From NCBI GenBank assembly GCA_965153455.1, contig OZ234494.1:5208001-5272000 (forward strand): a stretch of DNA of 64,000 nt. The letters run 5' to 3'. The translations under genes and the position numbers were made by a program. The notes below the pieces were generated by a model, which saw only the letters and a list, made by a program, of their open reading frames with translations, was not told the DNA's origin and did not search any database. The stretch is from Sphagnum compactum. Its lineage: Eukaryota. This document shows positions 49,120 through 62,949 of the stretch, one piece after another; within the stretch, counting starts at the first letter, position 1, and every line of letters starts with the position of its first letter.

Positions 49120-51869
49120 CCCCCCCTATTTAAAGTTAAGGTACTTTTAAACCAAATAATAATGTAATAAATTCCTCCTATGAATCCACCAAAATGAACA
49201 CCTTACTTCTAAAATGGAAGGACTAATAAGTTGGGTGCAAATGTGAGTCTCATCATTAGTCAACTAATTGTAATCCCCCAAACCATAGCCAAATGTGCAT
49301 CACAATGGTGAAAAACTTAAAATATTCACTACCATTTAACTCTAGAAGTCCCTGGAATTATTTTTTGCACCAAGGACAAAACTATTTTCCAACATGTACT
49401 TCATCCAAAAGTAGCATTAGGCATCCCATATGCCAACCTCTAGAATACCAATCACACACCAACATAATCAATGCCCTTAAAGATTATGCGTACAACATAC
49501 ACCAAAGATTGGTAAGGGCGACATATAAGGATGGGTCAATTTGACCATCCACATTAGGAAGATGACATAGTGCGCAATTATATATGCATGTGGTCCTTTC
49601 ATGTTTGACCATTTTGGCCCTCCAACAATAACATTTTAGAAGGTAATAGCTCCCATGTAATCATTGTCTACCATAGGTACACATCATTTGCCAACTCAAA
49701 TGTATGAACTTAATGCCAATAACCACCTCCTCAAATAGTGGCATAATGCAACATATCCCAATGTTGAATGATTGCCAAATTTTCCATTACCAATTGGCAT
49801 TACACATTGAAACATAAATGTTCATTGTTCACATGCCTAAAGTCAACACATCTTGTTGAAATAGAATTAGTGTTTTAAACTCAAAACCAAATAATAAAAG
49901 GTAAGGTGAAAATGATGAAAGCAATGTCTAGAATTGCATATGCAGTAATGGCATTGGAACTCTAACCATTTTGAAAAATGTTTGATCATAACCCGAATGT
50001 ATCGATCATGTCAACCCATCAAACTTAGTGGGTTGAAAAAATCTAAATTCCACTTATAACGAAGCCCCATGATGAGCAGTGGTTATAAGTGCAATGTAAG
50101 TGCATTGAATAATGCCTCCATTCAATCACACGCCACACACCAAAAAACACCACTACAAAATGTGGGTGCAAATCACTAGTCCTTGTTCAATGAACCAGTG
50201 AATCCATTGGATCCCCACTAGGTCTTGTTTAATGGGACCAATTAATTCACTCAAAATCCAATGAAAACATTTGACGAATAAACCTAGACACATTTGTTGT
50301 AATGAAACAAATTGTTGAACCAATAGATGCATCCCTCACCATCAATATTGTGTTTATTTTAAATTATAAATATGTTGGACCCCAAAATGGCCCAACTCTT
50401 CAAAAGCATGCCATATAATGTCCTCATGTTGTTTTAGGCAAAACACTATCCACATTCGTCCATTTGGCCACACCCACAAGAGGGAACTCCCTTCCCATTT
50501 AAACCATTTGGCCCCTATGCATAATTCAATCATGTTTCTTAGGTGTCAATTTAATTAGGGTCTCACTTAATTACAAATATGTAATACATGTGCATCTTCA
50601 TGTATGTACAAGGTACCATCACCCTCTAATTCAATGTCCACATCACAAACATCTCCATTACCCATGTTAATTTGGGGTACATCCCCACAACATCCCAACA
50701 AGGTACATAAGTATGTTGAAACATGCCATCTTAATACTAAAAACTTCCAAATCTTCATCTCCACCACTACATGCCCACCTATCCAATTTTCCTATGAATT
50801 GATTTCATTCCATTAGGAACTTTAGAAGTGAATGATTTGTAACCAAAGTAAATGGGCTACCATAAAAATAACACTAAAATGATGAAATTGGGTGGGGTCC
50901 AAATTTTTTTAAGGTGAACCAAAATCTTGACACAACATCACCCTTTTATATCTTTTTTACTTAGTCCTCTTTCACCATGTAAAAGAAAATTTACAGATGA
51001 TTATGATGTAATCTAAAATTGTAATGGTCTAAAATATGGTTTTTCTAAAATATTTAATAACTTTTGATTCATTATTTTTTATGGGGATCAAAATATAGGC
51101 AAAAAAGGACAACAATAAGGATTAGGTCCTTTTCATCCTATGTGGTACACCTTAAAGGATTTTCACCTAGTGCAATGATAATCAAATGAGCCAACGATGA
51201 CAAAAGATTCAACCACAAATGGGCCTTTTTTTAACATTTTGATTTTTTCATATAAAGGATTTTTTTCCAACATGTTTTTTAATATATTTATAATTCCCCC
51301 AATAAATTACATTACGTAAACTTTCTTTTAACAAATATGAAATTTTAAAAAGTGTGAATTTTTTTTCCAAATTTTACATTTTGTCTTGAAAAATGATCAT
51401 AATTTCAAATCGTGTTAAAATATGATAATTGCTTTAAACTTTAGTTTCTTGTATCATAAACCACAATTTGTTCATATGTCATACACAGTATGACCCATTT
51501 ACATCTAACAAATGACTCCTGAAATTTGAACATTCTAAAAATTTATTTTGAATTTCTAAAAATTTCAAACACCATAATTTTAAAATTATGATTTTTTTTC
51601 ATATGTGAATGGTAGGTTATCATTATTTCAAAAAAATCTCATCAAAATTTATTTATTAAAAGAGTCCTTAATCTAGTGTTTTCGAAAAATTGATTTTAGG
51701 GTGTTAAAATTCAAAAATCCTTTACTAAAACCGAAACTCAATTTATTAAATTATAATTTAAAAAAAAATCTTCAACACTCATATAAATCATTTAGCACAA
51801 ATTTCCTTGATCAGCATGACATTAAAGTGACATTGCATAAATATATTTGAAAAAACTAATAGTTTTTTA

Positions 51870-53200
51870 ATTGTTCGACATGGTTTCTAACTTGTTTAAT
51901 TGTGATTGCACCCAATTGCCCAAACAATAGTAGGGCATTCCCTTCATAAAAGTTGTACTAATTGGTTTTCATCTTGTTGTTAAATTGGCTGGCATATGCC
52001 AGAACACATTTTTGATTGTCATGATCCAATTGAATGAGCATGCTTCCCAACCCCAAACTATTCCAATGAATGTGTAACTAGAAAGGTCATCCTTGTATTG
52101 GTCAATGCAAAATAAGAATGAAAGTGAGTTAGGCCTTCAATTCCTAAAAGGCTTACTATTGTGCCCCACCCCATATGTACTCCAAATTGATTTTCATCAA
52201 CTATGTCAAAAGTTTAATAATGTTGTTAAATATTTTGACGAATCTTCAATAATAATTACTTGAACCGAAAATGGCTTATAGCTAATTGACATCCAATGGC
52301 TTGGGAACACATGCGATGGTCTTTGCCTTGGTCCTTCCCTTGAACATCTATCCCCCAAAATGTTGTCTTAACCTTGTCACCCTCCTTCAATGGCGACCAA
52401 TAATAACCAAACCACATGGCATATTTGTCCAAGTGGGTCGGTTTGTTCATAGGATGGTAATCCCCACACATGAAGCACTTAATCCAGTTTCTAAAAATGT
52501 TTTTCTTGATTGACATCATTGTTGTTAAGGCATACTCACTCATGGATAATTCCACCAAACCACCATCCAACATTGTATAGTTAATTTTTGGATAGTTTCA
52601 TTATCACAACAATTTTGTTAGGACCTTATTTATAGCAATTGCCTGCCATACTATCCAAGTTTGAACCAAGGCTTTCTCTACCTCATCAAACATATAAGGT
52701 CACCCAAAAATTGGATTATCATCCTATAATATGATACAAAACTCTTATCCTTTCAATTGGCCAAATTCCTTCAAACTAAATGCCATGCATTTAGTGTAAT
52801 CCTTTAATAATCATCATGCGTAATCCATCTCACCTTTTATAATTGCTAGATTAATTTCTAGTTCCCATATTTCTACTATCACATGTACTTTGGGCTAGGT
52901 TAAAAAATTATCCCCATCACTCGATGCTAAAAACATGGCCTATGATTGTTACACAAAATGTTGAGAGTTGCCACATTGTCATAGTGCCCCCACATCACTA
53001 ACTTCCTTTCTACATAACAACCAAAAATCCCCTTTGGCAATCATGATCTTGTAATTTACAAGGATGTCCAATTTGATTTGTCATAACATCAACCCTTCCT
53101 TGCATTGACATGGTTGTCTCAGTTAGAGGTGCAACATGTGGAAGATGGGGTGGAATGGGTGGGTGTGATTGGGCAAAACGTTTCTATTCTACTAATACCA
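51870..53200 (-). mobile_element. Decayed Ty3/gypsy LTR retrotransposon pol remnant (RT and RNase H)
   Basis: RT-like CGDYHPMNK...PLKEGDKVKTTFWGID (52256-52573). RNase H-like PF*LHIHWNSLGLGSMLIQLDHDNQKCVLAYAS (~51990-52090). Many stops and deletions. Confidence 0.75.
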
Positions 53201-54059
53201 AACTAAAAATGCATGTGAAGCAATTAATCCATGATCTTCCCCAAAATTTGCAAATCTAGAAGGCATTGACCAAACATGTGGGTGACCTTGGGATGAATTG
53301 ATACACTAGAAATCACATTTGATTGTGTTAAATTAATCCATAGTCATCGAAAGTGATGAGCATGTGAACCAACTATTACAACATCCACCTGCATTGACTC
53401 GCTAATCCAAGCCTATTTTTTTTCCATGCCACCAAAACAATTAGTCAAGAATCTCCCAATGATGAAACATTTTTCAACAAATATCCCCACAAGTGCATCT
53501 ATGTGGTTTGCAAGTATTACAAAATTCAAATAAATTCCCAAAATAATCTTAATATGGGGTCCAAAATCCCTTGGCTAATATTAACGCGTGAAAAATTCTA
53601 GCACAACTACCTTGAGATGATGAAATCAATTGGCCCAAATTTGTCCAAATTTGGCACCTTTAACAATGTGATGTTGTTTGGTAAAGAACATTGGTAACCT
53701 TGTATCATTAATGTTGGTAATAAGTTGGGATATCATTGCAATTACATCATGACATGATGCATGGAGGCATGCCTAGCTTGTGAATCTTTTTCCACATAAT
53801 GGTATTTCCAAACTTGGATGCCAAATTGTAATACCACACCAATATGTGTTCAAGTTCATTATGTGTTTCACTAAATTTGGAGTGAAATTGAACAAATTTA
53901 CCATGGTGAAAATGGGCAACCCCTTCATAAATAGGGACAAGTTGTTATGGATAAGTGAATTGACTAATATTTAATCAAATTCATTAATAGTTAAATCATC
54001 AATAATAAATTCACTAATAGTTAATTGCAAAACTAGGCTAGGCACCTAAAAACCTTAAA

Positions 54060-54600
54060 TTTAAATTACTTATTATTATTTTATCATTGGTTATTGTTGG
54101 TTATTTTAGGTTATTTATCATAAACTATTTTAAATTATTCACCATAAATTATTGTTGGTTATTGTATTGTAGGTTATTGACAATTTTAGGCTTTTTACCA
54201 TATTCATTTTTTTGGTTATATTATCACAGGCTATTGTTGGTTATCAATGTCATTTACCATATGTTATTATTGGTTATTTGATCGTAAATTATTAATTGGT
54301 TATTTAAAATTATTATACCTTAGGATAAAATAACTTGTAATAACATAAAATAAAATATTTTGAATAGCCTAAAATAGAATTTGAAATAACATATAATAGC
54401 TTAAAATAAATTAACTAAAGTATAACCTAGGGTTAGTTAAATAGTTTAGCTTTAAATAACTTAAAGTATAAAACCTCCAATAAGTTAGGATATCATGAGG
54501 TAGAATAACCTATAATAATTTATAATAACTTAGGGTACAACTTAGATAACTAGGGTAGCCTAAAATAACATAGGGTATAGTCTAAAGTAGCCAGAGGTAT
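54060..54600. repeat. AT-rich low-complexity foldback-like repeat
   Basis: GGTTATT-rich left half faces an AATAAC-rich right half. Confidence 0.45.
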
Positions 54601-55362
54601 TTAAAATTCAACAACATAAAAATAAATTTATTTACCATAGTAAATTATAAAAGTGAATTATGTCAACCAATAATGAAACATGATGTTTACATTGTGACCC
54701 TATAGTGAAATAACTAAACATGGTGAAATCATTGAGGTGCAATGACCTATTTCATTTTTAAAGTCCCATAGTGATTTCGGTTAGTGCACTATTAGAAAAA
54801 TAACATTTTGCAAATGTTTTACGCAGCTGGTTTTTAGTTGCAACCGACACTTGCAACTGAAAATTAGCCCAATTGCCTAAGATAAGTTGTAAAAAAATTA
54901 TAGTTGCATTCGACACTCCGTATATGACAAGTACATACAGTTGGGTTATATGGTTTCATCCACTCATATTCTAAATTAACAATTATAAGTGCGACTACAT
55001 GCAACTATAGGGGTTGTGTTCCCATTGCAACACATGTTAATTAGCTAACCCAATTGTATGTGAACATGTGTACTTTTATTTTGTAATTAAATATTTAGTT
55101 TTAAGAATTACTTTAATTAATCTAGACCGTCCAAATCGTAGTCGTTGAGGTGGGGACACGTGTTGGGTTTAAGGCTTGATCAACCATGCTATGTCATTGT
55201 ACACGTGGGAAGATTACAATTAGGGTTATAGGGTTTAACACCCATTGAATTATCAGGATCATGCCATATGGCAACCTAATGACTGCACAACGTAGTTGTA
55301 AATGCAACTAATGTTTTGAGAGTTTGAATCGCCGTGTGTCACATGGTCCCACTTTACAGGTG

Positions 55363-55393
55363 TTAGGGTTAGGGTTAGGGTTAGGGTATAGGG
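55363..55393 (+). repeat. (TTAGGG)4 telomere-like tract inside the CACTA subterminal region
   Basis: TTAGGG x4 at 55363-55386, followed by TATAGGG. Confidence 0.85.
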
Positions 55394-56522
55394 TTTTCAT
55401 CATACCGTTTATAGTGTGCCACATGGCAGCACAACAACTGTTAGATTTAATTACAAATGCAACTTCTGGCCCATGGCATGCAACTTTTGACATTAATAGT
55501 TTTAAGGCTAAGGTGTGCCACTATAGTTACATGTGCAACTATATTAGTAGCATTAACCATTGCCTTGCCCATATTTGGGTTCCTTACACACCTACACCTA
55601 TTTTAACTAATGTACATTATACATATCACTTTTCTATTATACTCCATTAGTGCTGAAAAATCAACCAATAAATATTACACACATTGATTTGTGATTTGCA
55701 ATTTTGCATGTCAAAAATCTGCAGTTATTTAACCAACAAATTACCCTTTGTAATAACATTGAACTCCATCCAATGGGGTTTAATGGCCATTGTTCATCAA
55801 GGTTACATAAGACAATTGTTTCCCCTACTTTAAACTGCACATCAACACTAATAAAGAACCTTCATTCAATTTACCATGAGCAACCAATTTAGGAAAATGG
55901 AATAATTTTTTGTTACAACATTGTGTCAAACAGGGCATTTGTGTTCCCTAGTTACGAACTACAGAAACTCAAGAGCATGTTGGTATTAACTTACCTGTTG
56001 CCATGCATTCTTTCCTACATTCCCCACCCTTGCACCAATATTAGAGTGTAGCCGACTGCTCACACCTTTTTCAGGTGTTGGCATGCATAATTGCCGTTTT
56101 TTTTGCATTTTCTGCCACACCAAATCCATCAATGAATACAAACGTGAAACCATGTCAACGATTTCCTTCATGCTTGTATGTACCTAGACCCCAAACAATG
56201 TGTGTATGTTCTTAATCTCTAGATTGTAACTATAAGAACAACAAATCTAGCTTCCACAATCTAACTTATGTCCTATTTTAGCCATGTAGTTGGTGCTATT
56301 CCCAACATCCCACACATATGCCACATTTGATGAAAAATGCAAGAATACTCCCACAATTGAACAACCCATAGCATTGTGTAGACTCTAACTTTAATGTGTT
56401 GGTCATGTTGGGCATTTAGATCGTACCTTCGAGGGTGGGCGTTGGCGGTTGCTCCCATCTACACAATCACCGCCTTTGCAAGCTACTTCAACTCGAATGT
56501 CTTTCCCTAACTTATTAAGATT

Positions 56523-58122
56523 CTACCCCATATCCTCTCCTATTAGCACATAGTTGGGGACATGTGAAGGGACAACACCATCCACTTGTTGGCCCACCCT
56601 TTTTCTTGTAGACATATGATGGGCTTTTGGAGCTAATTGTGTGGATAAAGTGGCACTCTCAACCATTGTTGTGCATGACCCTAGTCCATCAAGATCTGAA
56701 TGGACAACCTCATGCAGGCTTTTTGCAACACCAAAAATCTCGAGGGATCTAGTCCTTGCAGTAACATCTACTTCTTCAATGTTGATAGTGGCTGCAACAA
56801 TTTTTGGGTTTCTCACATTCACACCATCTTCTCGACATGCTAGCAATTGTTGCATGAAACTTTCTACCTTAGCATTTAATTTATCCATCCCTTCAAGAAC
56901 TTGGGAGACTTGGCCATTCATCTCTGGCAACTTCCTTTCAATGGCAGTCATTTGAGAAGACAAATGGGGAGATTGTGATGCCTACCCAATAAACCCATCA
57001 AAAGATCCTTATAAATCCAACATAAGTATTCCACTTACCAATTATTATCAAACTCATGAAGGCAGAAACAAAATGAAACAACAAGGAAAACTCATTGGAT
57101 ACCCAGGTGTGCCACTAGAATCTAGTCCCACAGCAACCATCTCAGATATTGATGGGCTTCGGCAATGCTTGGATTTCTGCATTCACCCATTTTAGACATC
57201 ATTTAGTGTTCAACATTGTATGTGGCATGTGAGTGCATAATAACTTCAACATTGTGTAGTTTCCATTTGGCCATCACAAAGGTTTAAAGTTCTAGGGTTA
57301 ACTTACCAATTTTGCTTCTATAGTTGCCTTACCACCACGCCCAAGGTGGCTTACATTTGCAACTGCCCCTCTTGCATCAACCATGTGTTCACTTTTAGTC
57401 TTAGTGTCACGTTGTTGCCAATATATCACTAGTTCGTCCCATTGTTCTCGGTCCACTCCAAGTGGGCAAGCTTTGGCACCTTTCTGTGCATACCTTCTTT
57501 TTAAGCGTGCTATTTCTCTTTTAATAAATCGCCTTACACAATCCCTAAAGCCAACAACACTTAATTCACCACCTAGGTATTCAAATTTCCCATCCAATTG
57601 CAAGCGAAGTCTAGCCATGTCTACAGGGTCCTGTTCTGTAACCATAACCACTGCCATGTTCAAAGTCCGGGGTGCTAGCGACCTAATCACACCATCCCAT
57701 GCATCCTTCCCTTCACATGCACCATCAATTTTGCCATGCCTTGTCACTTGCACCTTATGGGGTGGCAAGCCTTTCTCCCTTCGTTCTAGAGCTTCAAATT
57801 CTATAGCTCGATTTGAAGCCCGTTGTTGCATATGACTTTCGGCCAAAACCTTGAGCCGGGCATCTACTTTTATTTCATTGTCCAAGGCCATGTTTGGTGC
57901 TTGTGTTTTTTGGTGTTGCCCCATTTGGGCTTCTACTACTTGCCCGCCCACCAGTGAATGTGGTTGCACCCTTTGACATAGCCCCTGATCACATACACCC
58001 CCTCCTTCACCCCATGCTAATTCACAGATGTTGCTTCTAGCCCTTCCACAAGGGGCACAACAGTTTGCAAGTCCCTTATGCCCAGGGCTCAATCTTACCT
58101 TCCAATTAGGACATTGTGACAC
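56523..58122 (-). CDS. CACTA TnpA/Ptta-like (Transposase_24-like) multi-exon protein, possibly pseudogenic
   Basis: ORF 57298-58122 contains CPLGVDREQWDELVIYW...KTKSEHMVDARGAVANVSHLGRGG, typical of En/Spm ORF2, and ends at a GTAAGT donor. Candidate exon 57176-57103 and coiled-coil-like ORF 56523-56963 follow. Exon phases were not fully resolved. Confidence 0.6.
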
Positions 58123-61100
58123 TTGGCAAGAACTCCACTATCATGTGTGCCCACATTGTCCAGCAATCCATGTGCATTCTGAACTTGCAGCACCATGTTT
58201 ACATGCCTGCTTATTGCACCTTGCAAAGTCGCCACCATGCTTGCCACTTTGTATTATTGCCAATGTGTTCCCTTGTAGCCCAGTGGCATTCACCATATCG
58301 ACTTGTGGTGGGGTTTCGACCTGAGCTTTTTTTGATGTTGCTTTCTTTTCTCAAGCACACACACATGTTAGACATAGGGAATTGGTAAAAGTTAACAAAA
58401 AATACAGTTTGGTCATATATTGTCAACATGAGACATGTAAATTTTTAAAAAAACAGAGATTCCTATGGCAAACTTATCAATCATGAACAACCTTAATTAG
58501 ACAAATAGGGCTATATATCGAAGGCATGCATATAAAGACTGATGACATTGAAGACAACCAACAAAAAGGCCTATATACAGCCTATACATGACAATACTAG
58601 ATGTTCTACAAGTGGCTATCTCTGATGTGATGTTCAAGAGCCAATAAACACATATCAGTTTTCATGTGATGTTTTTAAAAACTTGTGCAAGGGACCAAGA
58701 GAAAATAATAGTTATATATTTGTTCAACAATTGGTTTTGTAGGGTTAGGATTCTTACCACTTAATAATAAGATTAAATTGCTGCACAAATGAATTAACAC
58801 CCATACATGATGGCACAAAATGTAAACAAAATTGTTAGCAAGGGTCTTGAAAGCTTTGCTTTTGAAGCCAAATTTATTCCTACAAATACCAAATTACCAA
58901 ACATACTTTGTAAGTGCCAATCGATTCCACTGCATTTGTCCAATAATAGAACAAAGTTATTTTATGTATAAAGAAGTAGTCAAAGGTTGGCCAAATTGGG
59001 TGTTTTTGCACTAGGCCAAATGACAAATAAATAAGGGTGGCCACAAAAAAGGTGGCCACATTAGTTGGGCGATAATAAGCCCTAGCTACTTAGATATTTA
59101 CATATATTATAATTTCCTTTTTTAACACACCATAAACACACCTCCTCCTTTCTAGCATCAAGTGGCAATTATGTTAAACCCAATTGATAAACACAACAAT
59201 CATGTAAGGTGTAGATATTGAAAGCAATGCATCAAACCTTTAGGTGTATGGTCAAAACATGAAAGTCAATAGACAATTACTGCCATATAGTTTTTGAATT
59301 GCAATAAATAGAAAACTACCAGTAAACCATTAGTAAAAGACAAACTATAATGTCAAGATCAGTAATGTTACTATGTAACTAAAAGGATTTGGACCAATAA
59401 GACAAGCACCCAATCAATGGACTAGGCAACATGTTGTGGACTTCCCACTTGCTCATTCATTCATTCACTCATAAGTTTTTCCTCATGCAAATGCAGATTC
59501 AATTTTTGGGAACCAAGCACACAATTGTGGATGGGCAAAATGGGTTATGTAGTGAATTTTAAGAGTAGAATGTTGCTAGAAGTTTAAAATTGAAGTTCAG
59601 TATTTTTACAATCAAGACGAAAAACCCAATGGTTTGAACAAGAATGCTTAATGATTCTATAAAGTCATCTCTCGTTAGCTTGATAAAAATGAGTCCTCTA
59701 GACACCACACATCATGTACTTCACTTAGTTTCATTGCCACAACTATTGACCGATGTGTATGCAGTGAGCAAGAGCCGGTCATAGGCCAAAACTATACATC
59801 AAGCACATCATGGAACAAAGTTTAGGGCTCTTAAGACAAGTTCAAAATAACAACAATCCAAACTAGATAACCTTTCTAGAAATTAACAAAAATGACCTTG
59901 TACATTATCTATGTGTATTTACTATGGCTACTCAACAAAACCAACCACCTACAAGAAATAAGGATTGGCTTCTTAGATTTCTTAAAAAGTGATGCAGATT
60001 CATATTTGATAGTTACACATTTTAATGCCATGGTTCTATGACCATCTACCCCTAGACACCCATGTCAATTACAACTGATAAATGAAATGTTTATCAAACC
60101 CTTCTTCAATTCAAAACCAATCTTTTGAACACCTTGATTCTTTCAGCTAAATTATTGTGGCCTATTCTAACTTATGACCCAAGTTGTTTAAATGCCATCT
60201 ACATTGGCATTTATGTTTCATAGTTGGTTCAAGTCAAGTGTGAGAAGAGACAACTAAAATAATAAAAATATCGTACCCCAAAAGCTAGCCCATATCTTTC
60301 AAATCATATTGGGTGGTTGGACTCAAGACACTAGTTGTTCAATTGTCTAAAATAAACAAACAATTGAAAAAAACATACACCCAACAAACAAGGGCTTAGG
60401 GAAAAGGATGTAAGTCAAAAAACTACTATAACCTTGTTAAACTTGCATCTAAAAATGAACCAATTATGGACTGATGTTCTATTGAACATAATAATGGGAC
60501 CCCCCTATACATGGTAAGTTTTTAGGGGGCCTCAAGTTAAACCCAGGGTTCTAAACATCTTCATCACTAAAGGTGCAGTGAATTCACCATTGACATCATA
60601 GATAACATGTAGGCAACCTCCCTTCATTAGGGTACGGTTACCACCCCATGATGTCATTTGTAGGGTTTTTGCAATTTGCCCAAAACAATGAGACAATGGA
60701 CACCTTAGGATTTGTGATTTATTGTACTTGTAAGGGTTTGCAATTTAGTTTTCCAACTTCTATATGCAAAGGAACCATCATATCTTATTCTTAGATATTG
60801 ACACAAATATCAACTTCCATTTCTTACTTCATTGCAATAATAAAATCTAGTTCTTTCCAACATGTAACAACACTAAGTGTGCTTCACAATAGTTATAGAT
60901 GAATATGGTCACATAATTCCCAACAGGATGCATCCAAGGAAAAAGGACTTTCAACATTATTGATTGCATAGAAAACTTGACAAGTACTAACCATGATTGG
61001 CAATTGCAACATAGGCAATAATCAATAACCCAATAGCATAGGTGACCCATAATTGCAGTTTGATTAACTATTTGATTTGACACGACAATTACATGATATA

Positions 61101-61769
61101 AGAGCAATGTGTGTACATTCAGTTAATATTCACAAAACTAGAGGCAACCATTATTAAATCAACAAAAAACGAACACATTACCACACCAACAAAACTCCCA
61201 ACCTTATGGCTAAGAGGCTTTTGAATTTAAGGGGGTATGAACAAGGAAGTACATGAATATGCTACCAACTATGAGTTAAAACGGAGATCTTTGATTGGCC
61301 AACTTTTTTCTGTGATGGGCATCTTTGATTGGCCAATCACCAAAATAAATTAATTTAAAAAAAATAAAGCTTTGAACAATCCCAAAATAGATATGTTGTG
61401 ATCTCTCCCTTTGGCCTACCTATATAGGTTACAATAGTAGAATTTAGGGCAAAACATATGGGGTAAAATGAGGAGCTATTGGGAACATGTTGGGGAACAC
61501 ATTGGGAACAAAAAATTAATCACTCCAAATTTTAGTTGTAGTTGAGTAAAATGCTGCCGACTTTTTGCTACCATTATATTTGTTATATATATTTTTGGTT
61601 TTCTTAGATGCCAATTTGGTTGTGGTAGATTTGGCAATGCCACCCTCCTTTCACATAAATATTGGGCATATGAAGAGTTTCCATTTTGCTCAAAAGTAAA
61701 CTAGGCAGAAGGATAACCTATGCCTGATGCCCAACACATTAATTCATAAATGAATGAATGAATAAAGGA

Positions 61770-62870
61770 AAAATGCCCAACAAGGGAACAAGAGAAGAAA
61801 AAAGAAAGGACCCAAGGCCAAACAAAATACCACATTGGAAAGTGTAGAATGCATTATGGGGAGCCTTATGAGGAGGAAATTCAAAACCTAGGATATAAAC
61901 CCATCACCTATAACATGAAGCAAGTTGTGCAAGGAGAGGTGAAAAACATGGAAGGACACCAAGCCCAGAAAAGGCCTCTCTTGCTACCACAACTACTTGA
62001 TGCAAGATGGTGGCGGCTTAAACTATTTAAAAAACCATTGACACCTTTTACTTATAAAATGAATGTATAATCAAAAGAGGAGGACCTATGGAGCCCTTCA
62101 TTGACTATGCCATATTGGCACATTGATGAAGGAAATCATCTACCTATTCATGTAAACATCCAAATATTTCTACTACTAGAAGGATGAAATCATCCTTAGG
62201 GTGTTGGTTGTGATATGACACAACCTTTGCTTGAGTTGTAATCGTCACAATCACTCCCCAAGAAAAAGCGGTTCAAGAAACGAAATCTGCATGAATTGGA
62301 TCAGTAATGACTATGTCTGCCAAAATGCGAGTACATTTGTTGTAAGCACAATATCCATTCATCGCCATGATGATTGGAGAGATGGTGTTGAGAGAACATG
62401 TGTTTGTTTACGCAAAACATGGAACTTGACATCTTTAGCAATGGAGGCGAAAAAATATCAAATTGCATCATGTGTGGTTGTGTGTTCTCTCCCATGAACA
62501 TAAGAAAGTAGGTGTATCCCTATCAAATTTATGGTTTGGTTGCATATGCATCGAGAAAAATCATAAGCCATGAGATGGGGGAGGCCTAATATGGTGCATA
62601 GTGATGAAGAGAAAATGTCAGAGGACATTTTAAAAGATGGGATGACTGGGTGAATAAAAAACCAAGCACCCAAGTTTGGGCCTGCACAAGATTTCAACCA
62701 AATGCAATGACAATGAAAGGAAAACTTTTAAATGATGTTGGAAAATGAGATGAATGCTTATGCACGTCTTTGATATGTTTTCTTAAAGATGATCCACTAT
62801 TATTTCTAATAGTTGCTCAAATGGTGGGATGGAAGCTTGAACAACTGGAGTTAAAAGGTCACAAACCCAC
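61770..62870 (-). mobile_element. Possible decayed LINE 3' region; related end at ~43715-43800
   Basis: Shared block CAAG.GAACAAGAGAAGAAAAA.GAAAGGACC.AAG.CCA.ACAAAA at both sites. The LINE assignment is a weak inference from Trp/Cys-rich broken frames. Confidence 0.3.
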
Positions 62871-62949
62871 CTAAAGTGAGCCTGAAATGGAAATGGAAAT
62901 GGACTTGAATTGCTAGCCTTTATAACCCTTAATAAAAATGGGTAGTCGT

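Larger units (their letters stand above)
54787..58400 (-). mobile_element. CACTA (En/Spm) transposon, 3' terminal part
   Basis: Terminus CACTATTAGAAAAA at 54787, clustered subterminal (A)GTTGCA/TGCAAC motifs, and a TnpA-like ORF pointing toward this end. The other terminus was not found, so the right boundary is arbitrary. Confidence 0.7.

Noticed and set aside
42300..51800. Numerous 60-120 aa ORFs
   Set aside because: Low-complexity AT-rich frames with no recognisable domains or exon chain; likely old TE debris that I cannot classify.
59500..59650. Faint resemblance to a CACTA TnpD C-terminal segment on the + strand
   Set aside because: Too short and broken, and in the wrong orientation relative to the TnpA-like ORF. 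It would need an HMM search.
62800..62815. TTTCTAATAGTT as the far TIR of the CACTA element
   Set aside because: It lacks the terminal TAGTG and the 3-bp flanks do not match the left flank (GTG).
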